This document shows positions 60,641-64,000 of a stretch of DNA of 64,000 bases, piece by piece. The DNA is from an uncultured Verrucomicrobiae bacterium (GTDB lineage Bacteria > Verrucomicrobiota > Verrucomicrobiia > Limisphaerales > Palsa-1400): the NCBI GenBank assembly GCA_963702845.1, contig OY969763.1, forward strand, positions 3,104,001-3,168,000, written 5' to 3'. Below the pieces are notes generated by a model. It worked only from the letters and a program-made list of their open reading frames with translations. It was not told the origin of the DNA and ran no database searches. Position numbers and translations under genes: made by a program. The first letter of the stretch is position 1, and each line of letters opens with the position of its first letter.

Positions 60641-63600
60641 TTGTTTCTCATGATCTCTATTGGCGGACGCAGCATTTGCGGCACTCACCGGCAGCATAAA
60701 GAGAATCGAAACAGGCTCAATGTGATGTTTTGCAGCGTGCTGGTTTTGATGACGGGAATGTTGTCATCTTTTTGCAGCGAAAGTTTTCCCAAGCCCTACG
60801 ACTCGGAAACGAATGGCGCGCCCATGTCCGCATACCTCGCCGCGCAATCTTTTAAAATGCCGCCCGGTTTCAAGGTCACGGTTTTCGCCAGCGAACCGGA
60901 TGTCCGTCAACCGATAGCAATGACGTTCGATGCGCGCGGGCGATTGTGGGTCGCCGAAAATTACACCTATGCCGAAGCGAAAATAAAATACGACACCAAC
61001 CTTTCTGATCGTGTTCTGATTTTCGAAGATACCAATCACGACGGCCAGTTTGATAAAAGGACGGTTTTTTATGATCGCGCCAAAGTGCTCACTAGCGTCG
61101 AAGTCGGAATGGGCGGTGTGTTTCTGCTTTGCCCGCCGCGTCTCTTATTCATTCCAGATCGTAATCACGACGGTATTCCCGATGGTGAACCCGAAGTGTT
61201 GCTCGACGGCTTTGATGTGACTGGCGGAAATCATCACACGTTTGCGAACGGTCTTCGCTGGGGACCCGATGGCTGGCTCTGGGGACGGTTGGGAATTTCG
61301 AATACTCCGCGCCTCGGCCGGCCCGGCACACCGGAAGCCGAACGCGTTCACATGAATGGCGGAATCTGGCGGTATCATCCGACCCGTCACGTCGTTGAAG
61401 CCGTTTGCCAAGGCACCACGAATCCCTGGGGTCTCGATTGGAATCCCGTGGGAGAACCTTTTTTCATCAACACCGTCATCGGCCATCTTTGGCACGCAAT
61501 TCCCGGGGCGCACTTCAAACTCATGTATGGCGACGACACGAATCCGCATATCTACGGATTGATTGACCAACATGCGGACCATTACCACTTCGACACCGGC
61601 CAGAGTTGGACGAATTCGCGCGCGGCAATGGACGGCAGTTCTTTTGCCTCAAGCAGCGATTCGCTCGGCGGCGGCCACGCGCACACTGGCTTGATGATTT
61701 ATCAAGGCGACAATTGGCCAGAGGAATATCGCGGAAAACTTTTCACGATCAATTTTCACGGGCGACGCATCAATGTGGACCAGCTTAAACGCACAGGGTC
61801 TGGCTACGTCGGCCAGCACGGCCACAACTTGTTGACCATAGGCGATCCATGGTTTCGCGGCATCGACTTAATCGAAGGACCAGATGGCGGGGTTTTTATT
61901 TCGGACTGGTCGGACACCGGTGAATGTCATGATAACACTGGCGTGCATCGCAGTTCCGGTCGCATCTACAAAGTGACTTACGGCGAGCCGAGCTTGCCAA
62001 AGTTCGGCGATTTGACCCGCCTTTCCGATAAAGAATTACTGCCGGCGCTTTTTGCCTCCGACGAATGGACTGCTCGTCACGCGCGAAGAGAATTGACCGA
62101 CCGCGTTTTTGAAACGGGAAAAATTCCAGCCATCACGCGCCAACTTGAAAGCGCTTTTGCCAAAGAAAATACAGCGCCTCAAAAATTGCGCGCGCTTTGG
62201 GCGCTCGACGCCATCGCTGCAACCAGCAACGAATGGTTGCTGAAACAAACGCATCACGCGGATGAATCCATTCGAAGCTGGGCGGTGCGACTTCTCGCCG
62301 ACCGCATCGCCACCGTGGCGACGGTTTCCAGTTCCAAAGATCAGAAAATTCTAAAATCAATTCCGGCCCGGTTTGTTGAACTTGCCCGAAACGATTCTTC
62401 CGCGCTCGTTCGTCTTTACCTCGCATCTGCGTTGCAAAAACTGCCACTCGAATCGCGGCGCGAATTGGCGCTTGCGCTGGTCCATCATCCTGAAGATGTG
62501 GGCGACCACAACCTTGGTTTGATGATCTGGTTTGGTATCGAGCCTCTCGTCGGCGCGCAACCTGAGTCCAGCATCGAGTTGGCGCTCACCAGCCAACATC
62601 GCATCGTGCGGCAATACATTGCGCGACGTTTGGCCGAAGATATCGAAACGAAACCGCTCGGGTTGGAACACCTGCTGGCCGCGGCTCAACAAGAAACTGC
62701 CGAGAAAGCATTCGCCAAAAATTTCGAGGACATTCTGCACGGCATGAAGGAAGCGTTGCAGGGCTGGCACAAAGCGAAACCTCCCGCCAATTGGGAATCG
62801 TTCGCCAGGCGCGCGTCGGCGATTCAAGATCGCGAAATCCAGAACAACGTGCAGGAATTCCGCGTGCTTTTCGGAGATCGTCACGCGCTGGAGGTGGTTC
62901 GCCAGAATCTCATCGACACGAAGGCCGAACCCACCACACGCCGCCAGGCGTTGCGCACATTGCTCGACCATAACGCGGAAAATCTTGCGGTTTCACTTAA
63001 ACAGTTGGTGCACGAAAAATCGCTGGGCATCGACGCAATCATCGCCTTGATCGAACTCAACGATTCGGAAGGCGCCGATCTTGCCGTGAAACAGTATCAA
63101 ACCGCGAATGACAAAAACCGGCTGCGCCTGCTCGCTACACTCGTGACACGTCCGGCGGCTGCGACCATTTTGCTCAATGCAATTGGCGAAGGACTGATTG
63201 CGCGCTCTGACCTCACCCCGTTTTATGCCCGTCAAATCACGAGCTTCAATAACGTCGCGCTCACCCGGCGCCTTGGCGAGGTCTGGGGTGCGGTTCATTC
63301 CACCGATGCGCAGAAACGCGCCAGCATCGACCGCTTGCGTGGGGAGCTTTCTGAGGCTCGCCTGAAATCCGCTGACTTGAGTCAGGGTCGCCAGATTTTC
63401 AATAAGACCTGCGCCGTCTGTCACAAACTCTACGGCGAAGGCGGCAACGTTGGGCCTGACCTCACCGGATCCGGCCGCGCCAATTTGGATTACCTTCTCG
63501 AAAATGTCATCGATCCCAGCGCGGTGGTGCCCGCCGATTACCGAATGACCGTCGTCACCTTGAAAGATGATCGCGTGCTCAACGGCGTCCTCCGCAACCA

Positions 63601-63790
63601 AACAGAACGCACGATCTCGATCCAAAGCCAGACCGGCTTGGTCACAGTTGAGCGAAGTGAAATTGAATCGTTGCAAAACTCCGTGTTGTCCGTGATGCCC
63701 GAAGGATTGCTTGAAGCTTTAAAGCCGGACGATCGTCGCGATCTCATTGGCTTCCTCATGCAGCCGCAACAAGTTTCGAAGTCGAAGTAA
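60641..63790 (+). CDS. PVC-type heme-binding CxxCH protein
   Basis: QPIAMTFDARGRLWVAE propeller; HEAT-like repeats; CAVCH...VGPDLTGS; start probably further downstream (~60725). Confidence 0.9.
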   Translation: MFLMISIGGRSICGTHRQHKENRNRLNVMFCSVLVLMTGMLSSFCSESFPKPYDSETNGAPMSAYLAAQSFKMPPGFKVTVFASEPDVRQPIAMTFDARGRLWVAENYTYAEAKIKYDTNLSDRVLIFEDTNHDGQFDKRTVFYDRAKVLTSVEVGMGGVFLLCPPRLLFIPDRNHDGIPDGEPEVLLDGFDVTGGNHHTFANGLRWGPDGWLWGRLGISNTPRLGRPGTPEAERVHMNGGIWRYHPTRHVVEAVCQGTTNPWGLDWNPVGEPFFINTVIGHLWHAIPGAHFKLMYGDDTNPHIYGLIDQHADHYHFDTGQSWTNSRAAMDGSSFASSSDSLGGGHAHTGLMIYQGDNWPEEYRGKLFTINFHGRRINVDQLKRTGSGYVGQHGHNLLTIGDPWFRGIDLIEGPDGGVFISDWSDTGECHDNTGVHRSSGRIYKVTYGEPSLPKFGDLTRLSDKELLPALFASDEWTARHARRELTDRVFETGKIPAITRQLESAFAKENTAPQKLRALWALDAIAATSNEWLLKQTHHADESIRSWAVRLLADRIATVATVSSSKDQKILKSIPARFVELARNDSSALVRLYLASALQKLPLESRRELALALVHHPEDVGDHNLGLMIWFGIEPLVGAQPESSIELALTSQHRIVRQYIARRLAEDIETKPLGLEHLLAAAQQETAEKAFAKNFEDILHGMKEALQGWHKAKPPANWESFARRASAIQDREIQNNVQEFRVLFGDRHALEVVRQNLIDTKAEPTTRRQALRTLLDHNAENLAVSLKQLVHEKSLGIDAIIALIELNDSEGADLAVKQYQTANDKNRLRLLATLVTRPAAATILLNAIGEGLIARSDLTPFYARQITSFNNVALTRRLGEVWGAVHSTDAQKRASIDRLRGELSEARLKSADLSQGRQIFNKTCAVCHKLYGEGGNVGPDLTGSGRANLDYLLENVIDPSAVVPADYRMTVVTLKDDRVLNGVLRNQTERTISIQSQTGLVTVERSEIESLQNSVLSVMPEGLLEALKPDDRRDLIGFLMQPQQVSKSK

Positions 63791-64000
63791 TTTCGAAACC
63801 TGGCGGTGTTAAAGTGTGCCCCTTGCGTCCCCACGCCGTGAACACGCGCAAACTGAAACTAAACTACTGATAAATGCGGGAACGCTTCTTAGTGGAAATG
63901 GCTTTTTATTAGATCAGCGGGAAAAGACCGCGGTATACGCCGAGTGCGCGGAAAGGTTTACAGAAGGGAACGAAGTGTTGTCTTTCCCGTGTTCAGTTAT

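Noticed and set aside
63934..63962. Possible fourth TGTAACC-type ECF promoter
   Set aside because: It reads TGTAAACC/CGTATA and points antisense into a gene end.

Overview
The gene content is typical of Verrucomicrobiota (Pedosphaera-like; inferred from DUF1553/DUF1501, PVC-type heme-binding CxxCH proteins, a VPDSG-CTERM protein and PVC-type ECF sigma/Ser-Thr kinase pairs). Positions ~1-20.5 kb and ~51.8-64 kb look like backbone: infA, apaG, tyrA, a Ski2-like helicase, large secreted proteins and a SWIM/DUF6493-like pair. Positions ~21.4-51.5 kb are a mosaic accessory region with no transposase or integrase gene in the window. It is punctuated by five same-orientation copies, plus one inverted fragment, of a ~140-nt multi-hairpin element with three CGGTG-loop hairpins and a GAAA-loop hairpin. 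G-U-type pairs favour the minus strand. The region also carries MITEs, IS91/ISCR-ori-like motifs and gene fragments. Cargo between the repeats includes a two-component-linked RND efflux operon and two self-contained ECF sigma/Ser-Thr kinase modules. Each module has its own repeated promoter motif readable from the sequence: TGCCC-N17-CGCATT four times and TGTAACC-N15-TTTATA three times. Several genes are frameshifted, probably from long-read indel errors. No rRNA, tRNA or CRISPR array was seen. All family calls come from motif recognition by eye, not database searches.
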